Shown in pieces: positions 55,984 through 64,000 of a stretch of 64,000 bases of DNA; positions within the stretch are counted from its first letter, which is position 1; each line of letters starts with the position of its first letter. Under the pieces are notes generated by a model that saw only the letters and a list, made by a program, of their open reading frames with translations, was not told the origin of the DNA and ran no database searches. Source of the stretch: Candidatus Latescibacterota bacterium (GTDB taxonomy: Bacteria > Latescibacterota > UBA2968 > UBA8231). Location: assembly GCA_965217585.1 (NCBI GenBank), contig OZ244561.1, forward strand, positions 640,001 to 704,000, read 5' to 3'. A program made the translations under genes and the position numbers.

Positions 55984-57555
55984 ATGCGTGAACGAAATCC
56001 TGTACTACTCAGGCATTGCGGTACTATTGGGCTCGCTGTTTCACTCTGCTGTATCCTGTGTTACTCTGGAGGATCACAGGGACAGAACCTGAGCACAGAT
56101 GCCTACCAAAAGAGCGAATATCATTATGACCAAGGCCAGCGCTACGCCAAACAGGGTGACTATAAAAGTGCCGAGCAAGAATATAAAAAAGCGCTTACAA
56201 TAAATAAAAACAACGTACGCGCTTACGACGGCCTTGGCTTTGCTTATGCCCTGCAAGCCAGATATCCAGAGGCATTAGCTGAACTTGAAGAGGCGATTCG
56301 AATTGATCCGAGCTATACACCTTCGCTATACAAGTTAGGCAAAGTATTCTTCATAATCAAAGAATATGACAAGGCTAAAGACGCCTACATCAAAACCATT
56401 GAGGTCGATCCCAAGTACGCTCTTGCACATCATGGCCTCGGCGTTATTTATGCCCAAACTCAGGATAGAGATAAAGCAGCAGAGAGTTTCGCTATAGCTG
56501 TCAGGCTCAATCCCAATTATGGGCCTTCTCGCTACCGCCTTGGGGTGATATACCTGGAAAAACAAGACTATTTCAAAGCTATCGAAGAATTGCGGTTGGC
56601 GGCAAAGCTCATCCCCAGGGAACCGACTGTCCATTACACACTCGGGAATGCTTATATGACCATTGGCAGACTTCCCGAAGCGGTAGACGCTTTCAAAATA
56701 ACATTACAACTCGATCCACAACGCGCCGAGGCACACGATAAGTTGGGACTGGTTTACACCGAGCAATCCCGCGCCCTTTTAGGAGCGGTATTCATGGATC
56801 AGGATGGACTGGACAAGGCGATGGCGGAGCATCGTCAGGCGGTGGAACTGGTTCCAGAGAATGGCTGGTTTCAGTACAGGCTCGGTATGGCTTATGAACG
56901 ACAGCGAAGGTACGACGATGCAGCGGAGCAATACAGGAAAACCCTTGAGATAGATCCAGATATAGCGCAGGCATCCTACCGCCTTGGAATGATATACTCG
57001 AGAAACAAAAGATACGATGAAGCCGCCCATGCGTACGAACAAGCGATCCGTCTCGAGCCTGATAATTCAGATTTCCACTACGGTTTGGGTGCAGTATATG
57101 ACAAGATCGGCAAACGCCGAGAAGCGATTGAAAAATACCAGAAAGCGATCGAACTAGATGACTATAACTCAGAAGCACATTTCAGCCTAGCCAATGCCTA
57201 TCTGCAACAGGGCAGCCGCGAAGAGGGGAAGAAGGAAATGGAGATATTCAGAAGGCAGCGTGAGGGCAATATAACGGATCTTGAACAAAACGTCGCCCTC
57301 GTTCCCAACAATCCGGAATCTCACTACAAATTAGCGTTGCTGTATGCCAAACAGGACAGGCATATAAGAGCGATCAATCGGTTCAAGTTCGCTATTGGTC
57401 TCGATCCCTATAATCCTGAGTATCATCGCCACCTCATAGATTCTTATACTAAAATGGGTAGACGTCAAGAGGCGAAACGGGAATTAGAGATATTCCAAAG
57501 TCTGACAGATAAAGCCAAAAAATCGGCTACTAGGACAGCCCCTGAAGCGGACTAA
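55984..57555 (+). CDS. Exported multi-TPR protein
   Basis: About a dozen canonical TPR units (A...LG..Y...G...EA...Y..A...DP); lower GC than the core. Confidence 0.9.
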   Translation: MRERNPVLLRHCGTIGLAVSLCCILCYSGGSQGQNLSTDAYQKSEYHYDQGQRYAKQGDYKSAEQEYKKALTINKNNVRAYDGLGFAYALQARYPEALAELEEAIRIDPSYTPSLYKLGKVFFIIKEYDKAKDAYIKTIEVDPKYALAHHGLGVIYAQTQDRDKAAESFAIAVRLNPNYGPSRYRLGVIYLEKQDYFKAIEELRLAAKLIPREPTVHYTLGNAYMTIGRLPEAVDAFKITLQLDPQRAEAHDKLGLVYTEQSRALLGAVFMDQDGLDKAMAEHRQAVELVPENGWFQYRLGMAYERQRRYDDAAEQYRKTLEIDPDIAQASYRLGMIYSRNKRYDEAAHAYEQAIRLEPDNSDFHYGLGAVYDKIGKRREAIEKYQKAIELDDYNSEAHFSLANAYLQQGSREEGKKEMEIFRRQREGNITDLEQNVALVPNNPESHYKLALLYAKQDRHIRAINRFKFAIGLDPYNPEYHRHLIDSYTKMGRRQEAKRELEIFQSLTDKAKKSATRTAPEAD

Positions 57556-57564
57556 AAAATCAAA

Positions 57565-59364
57565 ATGGGCATCCAGAAGTTTCCACCTAGGCGCAACCTT
57601 TTTTATCTGTCAATCCTCGTTTTTACAGGATTATTGTCCGCCGGGTGTCAAAGCGATGGTCCTGTGGACAAAGATTTTTTGGGGAGTGATCGAGGTCAAG
57701 TAGCGCCTGACAAAGGGGTAGATTCTCAAGAGATCAAACCTGCCACAGGTCTCCCAGTAGACGGACGTGTTCAATTCGTGGATGTAGCAGTAGATTTAGG
57801 AGTGGTTCTAAAGAACGTCTCTGGCGACAGTGAACAGAGCTATGTGATAGATACAATGATGGGTGGATCGGCGTTGCTCAATTATGACAACGATGGCGAT
57901 TTAGATTTGTACGTTTTGAATGGTTCGAGAGTGGTTGGGTTTCCAGTTGGAGAGCATCCTCGAAATGCTTTTTACAGAAACGACGGAGACAAGTATGCGG
58001 ATGTGACCGAAGAATCAGGGCTGGGGGACACGGGTTGGGGGATGGGTTGCGCCGCTGGAGATTACGACAACGACGGCGATCCAGATATCTATGTGACCAA
58101 TTACGGAAAAAACGTCCTGTACAGCAACCAGGGAGATGGAACTTTTACAGATGTAACAGAAATTGCAAAGGTGGGAGACGAAAGATTCGGCACAGGATGT
58201 GCGTTTTTTGATTACGACGCCGATGGCGACTTGGACCTGTACATTGCAAACTACGTTGATTTTAAACACTTCATTGAGACTACTCCAGAGAAGTCTTACA
58301 CGTGGAAAGGCCTTAAAGTCCACTTCGGACCGCGCGGAATGAAGGGGGAGGCGGATATACTGTACCGCAATGAAGGGGATGGTACCTTCTCGGATGTGAC
58401 CCAAGAAGCAAACGTCGTAGATCACCAGAAACTCTACGGTCTCGGCGTGATTGGTGGGGATTACGACAACGATGGCGATCCGGACATCTATGTGGCCAAC
58501 GATACGGGTCCCAACTTCCTCTATCAAAATAACGGCGATGGGACTTTTACCGAAGTCGGCTGGATGGTAGGTGTCGCCTATGGTGCAGGCGGCGAGTTGC
58601 AGGGGTGCATGGGCATTGCTTTTGGGGATTACGATAATGATGGATACCACGACATACTGGTGACCAACTTCTGGGAACAGACTAATACCCTTTATCACAA
58701 CGATGGGGGTCAATTTTTTTCGGATCTCAGCTTCGACGCCGGAGTAGGTTTGGCAAGCTTTGAATTCCTAGCCTGGGGCACAGGGTTCTTCGACTACGAC
58801 AACGATGGAGACAAAGACCTTTTTGTTTCTAACGGGCACCTCTTCCCGCAGCTAGACAGAGTAAATTTAGGCGTCAGCTATGCCCAAACTAATCAACTCT
58901 TTGAGAATTTGGGGGACGGCACATTCACCGATGTATCCGAAATTTCTGGACAGGGATTGCGCATCAAAAAGGTTAGTAGAGGCGTTTCCTTCGGAGACTA
59001 CGACAACGATGGGGACTTGGACATATTCGTCCTGAATCTAAACGATATGCCCACTTTTCTGCGCAATGATGGCGGCAACAACAACAACTGGTTGATGATA
59101 AAGACCATAGGAGTAAAAAGCAACAGAGATGGCATAGGAACTAGGGTAAAGCTCAAGTGTGGGGGAGAGACCCAGATCAATGAGGTCAGGAGCGGTTCCA
59201 GTTATCTTTCGCAGAACGATTTCAGGCTCCACTTCGGCCTAGGGAAAAGCGATACTGTAGACCTGTTAGAGGTGAATTGGCCGAGCGGCCTAGTTGAAAG
59301 ATTCGAAGATTTGGCTGCCAACCAGTTCGTCGTCATTAAGGAGGGGAAGGGGATAATTCGGTAG
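57565..59364 (+). CDS. CRTAC1/ASPIC-UnbV family lipoprotein (FG-GAP repeats)
   Basis: LSAGC lipobox, repeated DYDNDGDxD, N.GDGTF.DV, SNRDGIG, SYLSQND..LHFGLG, V.WPSG. Confidence 0.9.
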   Translation: MGIQKFPPRRNLFYLSILVFTGLLSAGCQSDGPVDKDFLGSDRGQVAPDKGVDSQEIKPATGLPVDGRVQFVDVAVDLGVVLKNVSGDSEQSYVIDTMMGGSALLNYDNDGDLDLYVLNGSRVVGFPVGEHPRNAFYRNDGDKYADVTEESGLGDTGWGMGCAAGDYDNDGDPDIYVTNYGKNVLYSNQGDGTFTDVTEIAKVGDERFGTGCAFFDYDADGDLDLYIANYVDFKHFIETTPEKSYTWKGLKVHFGPRGMKGEADILYRNEGDGTFSDVTQEANVVDHQKLYGLGVIGGDYDNDGDPDIYVANDTGPNFLYQNNGDGTFTEVGWMVGVAYGAGGELQGCMGIAFGDYDNDGYHDILVTNFWEQTNTLYHNDGGQFFSDLSFDAGVGLASFEFLAWGTGFFDYDNDGDKDLFVSNGHLFPQLDRVNLGVSYAQTNQLFENLGDGTFTDVSEISGQGLRIKKVSRGVSFGDYDNDGDLDIFVLNLNDMPTFLRNDGGNNNNWLMIKTIGVKSNRDGIGTRVKLKCGGETQINEVRSGSSYLSQNDFRLHFGLGKSDTVDLLEVNWPSGLVERFEDLAANQFVVIKEGKGIIR

Positions 59365-59366
59365 GG

Positions 59367-61649
59367 ATGATGCAGATGGCCACGATTCATAGATGGTTGA
59401 TAGCCGCCGTGATCGCGGGGGGGTGGATTCTGGAGCTAGCGTCTTGCTCCGAGCCCTCTGGCCCAGAGCAGGCAGCCAGCACCCGACGCATGGCCGAACG
59501 CCTCGAAGAAATCGCCCGCAATGCAGACCCTTCGCTGCATATCTATGTGAACGCGGAAAGGGTGGAGTACTTTCGCGCCCGGGTAAAGCACCTGCGCGAA
59601 ACAACCGCTGCCAACGACCCCCAAGGCAAAGACCAGCTCCTCAAAACCCGGTTTACTCTAGCCAATGAACTGCTGCGGGCTGGTCAATTCGAAGAAGCCG
59701 TGAAGAGTTTTCGGCAACTGCAGGCCGAAACGGTTGGCAAGCCCCAGATCCAGCATATACTCCAGGTTTTACTGGGACTTTCCTATCTCCGCCTAGGAGA
59801 ACAGGAAAATTGTGTCGTCCACCACAACATCGAATCCTGCTTGCTGCCGATCCGCGGTGCTGGGGTACACCAGATTAAGCGTGGATCGCGCGCTGCCATC
59901 GAGGAGTTTCTGGGGGTTCTACAGCGAAATCCCGGTGATCTGTCGGCCCGCTGGTTGCTCAACATCGCCTATATGACGCTCGGCGAGTACCCCGACAAAG
60001 TGCCACAGGACTACCTGATAGCAGCCGAGGTTTTCGCAGCCGACTACGATATCAAGCGCTTCCGCGATGTCGCTCCTCGGCTAGGTCTGGATGTGGTGGG
60101 ACTTTCGGGCGGAGCCATCATGGAAGATTTCGACGGGGACGGCTACCTTGATATAGTGGCTTCTTCTTGGGGGCTACGCGACCAGATCCGCTATTTCCAC
60201 AACAGGGGAGACGGGACCTTTGCGGATAACACTCAAGAAGCGGGGTTGGTGGGTATTGTGGGCGGATTGAACACGCGCTTGACAGACTACGATAACAATG
60301 GCTACGCCGATATCCTAATCCTGCGCGGTGCCTGGCTCGGCCCGATTGGGCGCTATCCCAACTCGCTGTTGCGCAACCAAGGCGATGGAACATTCATCGA
60401 CGCTACCGAAGAGGCCGGTCTGCTCACCTTGCACCCGACCCAGACCGCGACCTGGGGAGATTTTGACAACGATGGTTGGGTGGATCTGTTCGTGGGCAAC
60501 GAATCGATTGGCACGGAAATACACCCGTGCGAACTGTTCCGCAACAAAAGAGATGGCACCTTTTCCGATGTGGCCAGGGAAGTGGGAGTCGCCGTGGTGG
60601 GTTATGTAAAAGGGGTGGCGTGGGGAGACTACAACAACGATGGACGACTGGATCTGTACATTGCGCGTATCGCGCAAAAAGAGGCCAATCTGCTCTACCG
60701 CAACGAAGGGAAAGATGCCTCCGATCACTGGCACTTTGTGGACGTATCGGCAGAAGCAGGGGTGCCCGGGCCCAGCCACAGCTTCCCGACCTGGTTTTGG
60801 GACTACGACAACGATGGCTGGCAGGATATTTTTGTCGCCGGGTTTAAGGCCCAGGTCGGGGATGTAGCGGCCGATTATCTGGGGCTGCCGCACGACGGCG
60901 AACATCCTCGCTTGTACCGGAATAAGGGCGACGGCACCTTTGCCGACGTCACTCGGGAAGTCCAACTCGACAAGCCCCTGCTCGCCATGGGCTGCAATTT
61001 CGGCGATTTGGACAACGATGGCTATCTGGATGGTTATATCGGGACCGGTGACCCGGGGCTGGCCTCGCTGATGCCCAATCGCATGTTTCGCAATGCGGCG
61101 GGCCAATTCTTCCAGGATGTCACCACATCCGGCGGGTTCGGGCATTTGCAAAAGGGCCACGGCGTAGCTTTTGGCGACATTGATCACGATGGCGATCAAG
61201 ATGTCTTTGCCGTTATGGGCGGGGCTTTTACCGGGGATGTAGCCCCCAATGTCCTCTTTGAGAACCCAGGCCATGGCAACCACTGGATTAAGCTCAGACT
61301 GGAAGGAGTCCGCTCCAATCGCGCTGCCATCGGGGCGCGAATAAAGGTAAGTTTGAATACGAAGAATGGTGGCCAAGATGTGTATGCCACGGTGACGAGC
61401 GGGAGTAGTTTCGGTGCCTCCAGCCTGCGACAGGAGATCGGCCTAGGACAGGCCACTTCGATCCGCGCTATTGAGATAGTCTGGCCGGCCGGCGCGGATG
61501 TGCAGGTGTTCCAGAATGTCGAGATGGATCAATTCCTGCACATCCGCGAAGGGGATCCGATGCCCCTTGTCCTCGAATTCGATTCCCTTGATCTTGCCTC
61601 TGAGAATAGAGCAGCGGTACGGGATCACGCTCACCACGAACAAAACTAG
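59367..61649 (+). CDS. CRTAC1/ASPIC-UnbV family lipoprotein with N-terminal TPR-like region
   Basis: LASC lipobox, GEQENC...CLLPI, repeated D(F/Y)DNDG, GHLQKGHG, SNRAAIGARI, EIGLG. Confidence 0.88.
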   Translation: MMQMATIHRWLIAAVIAGGWILELASCSEPSGPEQAASTRRMAERLEEIARNADPSLHIYVNAERVEYFRARVKHLRETTAANDPQGKDQLLKTRFTLANELLRAGQFEEAVKSFRQLQAETVGKPQIQHILQVLLGLSYLRLGEQENCVVHHNIESCLLPIRGAGVHQIKRGSRAAIEEFLGVLQRNPGDLSARWLLNIAYMTLGEYPDKVPQDYLIAAEVFAADYDIKRFRDVAPRLGLDVVGLSGGAIMEDFDGDGYLDIVASSWGLRDQIRYFHNRGDGTFADNTQEAGLVGIVGGLNTRLTDYDNNGYADILILRGAWLGPIGRYPNSLLRNQGDGTFIDATEEAGLLTLHPTQTATWGDFDNDGWVDLFVGNESIGTEIHPCELFRNKRDGTFSDVAREVGVAVVGYVKGVAWGDYNNDGRLDLYIARIAQKEANLLYRNEGKDASDHWHFVDVSAEAGVPGPSHSFPTWFWDYDNDGWQDIFVAGFKAQVGDVAADYLGLPHDGEHPRLYRNKGDGTFADVTREVQLDKPLLAMGCNFGDLDNDGYLDGYIGTGDPGLASLMPNRMFRNAAGQFFQDVTTSGGFGHLQKGHGVAFGDIDHDGDQDVFAVMGGAFTGDVAPNVLFENPGHGNHWIKLRLEGVRSNRAAIGARIKVSLNTKNGGQDVYATVTSGSSFGASSLRQEIGLGQATSIRAIEIVWPAGADVQVFQNVEMDQFLHIREGDPMPLVLEFDSLDLASENRAAVRDHAHHEQN

Positions 61650-61775
61650 TGCAACACGGTAGCCCAGCCGTACTCAACCAGTTTTTAGGTTTTTCTGCTT
61701 AGTGGCTAGCCCTAGGGTTATCTTGGACACCCGATCCGCCCTATATTCAGGGTTAGGTTGAAAGGAGTGTCCGGT

Positions 61776-62105
61776 ATGAAAAAGAGCCATCGCACGGCAG
61801 ACCGGGGTCGTTTTTCGGCCCAGCGCAAAAGTGAAGCGGTCCTTCGCCTGTTAGGCGGTGCAGAGCTGGAGTTATTATCGCGTGAATACAAAGTGACGGC
61901 CGCTAAACTGAGCCAATGGCGCGATGCTTTCTTGGCGGCCGGCCAAGCGGGTCTGCGGTCAAGCGGTTCGGAGGTGCCCTCAGCCCAACTCGAAAAGTTG
62001 CAGGCCAAAGTGGGCGAGTTGACCATGGCCAACGATTTGCTTGAGCACAAAATTGAGCACTTGGAACGCGGCCGGTCTTTACCAGCGCGGCGGTCGAAGC
62101 CATGA
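61776..62105 (+). CDS. IS OrfA (HTH + leucine-zipper-like)
   Basis: RFSAQRK.EAVLRLL, LSQWRDAFL, LQAKVGELTMANDLL; AAAGGAG RBS. Confidence 0.85.
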   Translation: MKKSHRTADRGRFSAQRKSEAVLRLLGGAELELLSREYKVTAAKLSQWRDAFLAAGQAGLRSSGSEVPSAQLEKLQAKVGELTMANDLLEHKIEHLERGRSLPARRSKP

Positions 62106-63004
62106 GTGAGGCCTGCTCGATCGCCACCCGCAAGCGCTATGGGCTCCAGCGGGTCTGTCGGATTTGGCGCGTACCCCGTTCGACGCTCTACGCCCAGCGC
62201 CGAGCGGCCGCGGCCATCGGCGCGACCGGCAAAAGAGGGCCGATGGGTCCGTGCTCGGATCCGGTTTTGGTCGATCATATCCGCCACGTGTTGGCCGCCT
62301 CGCCTTTTCATGGCGAAGGCTATCGCAAGGTGTGGGCTAGGCTGCGCTTGCAGGGGCTGCGTACGTCCAAAGAGCGGGTACGGCGGCTGATGCGCGAACA
62401 CGGTTTGCAGGCCCCGCAGCGGAGGGGGTATCCTCCCGGTCTGCCCGTCCACGACGGGACGATTATCACCGATCAGCCGGACGTAATGTGGGGCACAGAC
62501 GCGACGACAACGAGGACTCACAAGCAAGGCCCAGCCCATGTCTTTGTCTGTGTCGATCACTGCACCTTTGAATGCATCGGGATTCATGCCTCGGCGCACG
62601 GCCATCGGTTGGAAGCCTTGGAACCGATTCGGCAAGGCATCCGCCAACACATGGGCGGCTATGCCGCGCAGCGGGCGGCGGGGCTGGCCGTGCGGCACGA
62701 TCATGGCTCGATCTACGTATCGGATGACTTCCAAAACGAATTGAATTTTCTGGGCATCGAATCGTCGCCCTCCTTCGTGCGACAGCCCCAAGGCAACGGA
62801 TGCGTCGAGCGCTTTATTGGCCTACTCAAGGAGAACCTCTTGGGGGTGCATACCTTTTCCACCATTGAAGCGCTTCGGTTGGCCCTACTTGCATTCAAAA
62901 AGTGCTACAATCAGCAGTGGATCCTGCAACGCCACGGCTATAAAACCCCCGCCCAAGTACGACAGGAAAAACGTCCTACCCAGTACGCGGTGGCGGCTGG
63001 ATGA
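62102..63004 (+). CDS. IS OrfB DDE transposase
   Basis: GYRKVW, RVRRLMRE, WGTD, RHDHGS, GNGCVERF, H..KTP; ATGA overlap with orfA. Confidence 0.9.
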   Translation: MSEACSIATRKRYGLQRVCRIWRVPRSTLYAQRRAAAAIGATGKRGPMGPCSDPVLVDHIRHVLAASPFHGEGYRKVWARLRLQGLRTSKERVRRLMREHGLQAPQRRGYPPGLPVHDGTIITDQPDVMWGTDATTTRTHKQGPAHVFVCVDHCTFECIGIHASAHGHRLEALEPIRQGIRQHMGGYAAQRAAGLAVRHDHGSIYVSDDFQNELNFLGIESSPSFVRQPQGNGCVERFIGLLKENLLGVHTFSTIEALRLALLAFKKCYNQQWILQRHGYKTPAQVRQEKRPTQYAVAAG

Positions 63005-63252
63005 AACCCAAATCCGTGTCCAAATACTCTAAGGCTTTACAGTTTTTCTGCTTAGTTTGACGAGTCTCTCTCTTTTTTAATGATGTGCTTGGTTTGATCA
63101 TCTACAGGCTTGGGATGTCCTTCTTCAGCGGCGGGAAAGGATTGTCTCTAGGACCTGCAGACCAATTTAGAGAAATTAACTGGTCGTTCTCCGATTTGGA
63201 GGGAGGCCTTGAACGAAATTCTCTATAGAATCTAAATGATATGGGATTGAAA

Positions 63253-64000
63253 ATGAAGAATTTTACCAGAATTCGGCTAGCTCTTTGTTTTTTTAGTTCT
63301 GGCGCTACCACGCTAGCACTTGAAATTGTTTGGTCCAAGGAATTATCCTATATATTGGGTAATACGTATTATGCAGTAGCTACGGTAGTTGCCGCGTTTA
63401 TGACGGGGCTTGCAATCGGCAGCGCCCTGGCTGGTCGGTACGGAAGCAAGGTAAAATATCCAATAAAAGCATATGCCTTAATGGAGTTCGCCATAGCAAT
63501 ATGTGGCATTTGTTCAATCTGGGTCCTGCGATCCACTCCACCTTTGTTTGACGCACTATATTCTTGGATAGGTACCTCCCAACTCATCTTCTTAAGTGTG
63601 CGTTTTTTGCTCGTTTTTCTCTTAATGCTAATTCCCGTGACACTTATGGGCATGACGCTACCTGTTGTTGTTGGAGCTTCTAGCCGAGGCAAGAAATATT
63701 TCGACTTTGATGCCGGACTATTCTATGGTCTTAATACCTTAGGTGCTGTAGTGGGAACTTTGATTGCTGGATTCTTCTTGATGCAAGCCTTTGGTTTGGC
63801 AAAGGCTTGTACAATTATAGGAGTGACAGATTTTATTATCGGAATCTACGTAGTGTATTTACATATGAAATCATTAGATCTTGCCGCAGAATCCAAAATT
63901 TATGCCGCTCCCAATCGTCAGTCTTCCAAGCAAAAAGGGGTTACCCAAACACAAAAGATTATCAGTATTGTTTTCTTGATTTCTGGTTTTTTTGCACTGG
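63253..64000 (+). CDS. Fused MFS-like/spermidine synthase family membrane protein (partial)
   Basis: Translated by hand: FFSSGATTLALEIVW, LGNTYYAVATVVAAFMTGLAIGS, P.TLMGMTLP, YGLNTLGAVVG; low GC; runs off the window end. Confidence 0.8.
   Translation, partial: MKNFTRIRLALCFFSSGATTLALEIVWSKELSYILGNTYYAVATVVAAFMTGLAIGSALAGRYGSKVKYPIKAYALMEFAIAICGICSIWVLRSTPPLFDALYSWIGTSQLIFLSVRFLLVFLLMLIPVTLMGMTLPVVVGASSRGKKYFDFDAGLFYGLNTLGAVVGTLIAGFFLMQAFGLAKACTIIGVTDFIIGIYVVYLHMKSLDLAAESKIYAAPNRQSSKQKGVTQTQKIISIVFLISGFFAL

Larger units (their letters stand above)
61703..63041 (+). mobile_element. IS3-like insertion sequence (about 1339 bp) with 14-bp flanking direct repeats
   Basis: TG...CA ends; imperfect terminal IRs sharing ttggacac/gtgtccaa; gtttttctgcttag at 61689-61702 and 63042-63055; orfA/orfB. 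Confidence 0.88.

Noticed and set aside
61718-62791. 357 aa antisense ORF inside the IS
   Set aside because: Mirror frame of the transposase genes with no recognisable domain.
1-64000. Stop-codon reassignment suggested by frequent CTAG/TAG strings
   Set aside because: Conserved genes end at the expected positions with TAG, TGA or TAA and have no in-frame stops; the strings come from CTA codons.

Overview
High-GC bacterial chromosome segment. Gene content and order (TPR-exbB-exbD-exbD-tonB, pheT-zapB-like-zapA-rny, DUF6785/6784 membrane proteins, several Gfo/Idh/MocA and PhyH genes) suggest an FCB-group organism such as Ca. Latescibacterota; this taxonomy is inference only. A housekeeping core at about 14-47 kb holds thyA, xerC, topA, map, nrdJ/nrdR, a TonB system, accD, surE, rpmI-rplT-pheST, rny, xseAB and recN. 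Two accessory catabolic blocks flank it (1.3-13.8 kb, bounded by tRNA pairs, and 47-55.9 kb). Both blocks share the same uncharacterised gene set: a 600-680 aa protein of unknown function (three paralogs in all), a DUF6785/6784 OPT-like membrane protein, one Gfo/Idh/MocA subfamily, a PhyH dioxygenase and an amidohydrolase-fold protein. This repeated module is the best candidate for an undescribed system. The right end is a lower-GC TPR / CRTAC1(ASPIC-UnbV) x2 / MFS-spermidine-synthase-like cluster, interrupted by an IS3-like element with an unusually long 14-bp flanking direct repeat. Other observations: an RNase Y and a dipeptidase that lack canonical metal ligands, an internally deleted uxuA-like pseudogene missed by the ORF track, apparent CCWGG depletion in the core, and several short local duplications. 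All calls come from motif recognition by eye; no searches were run.
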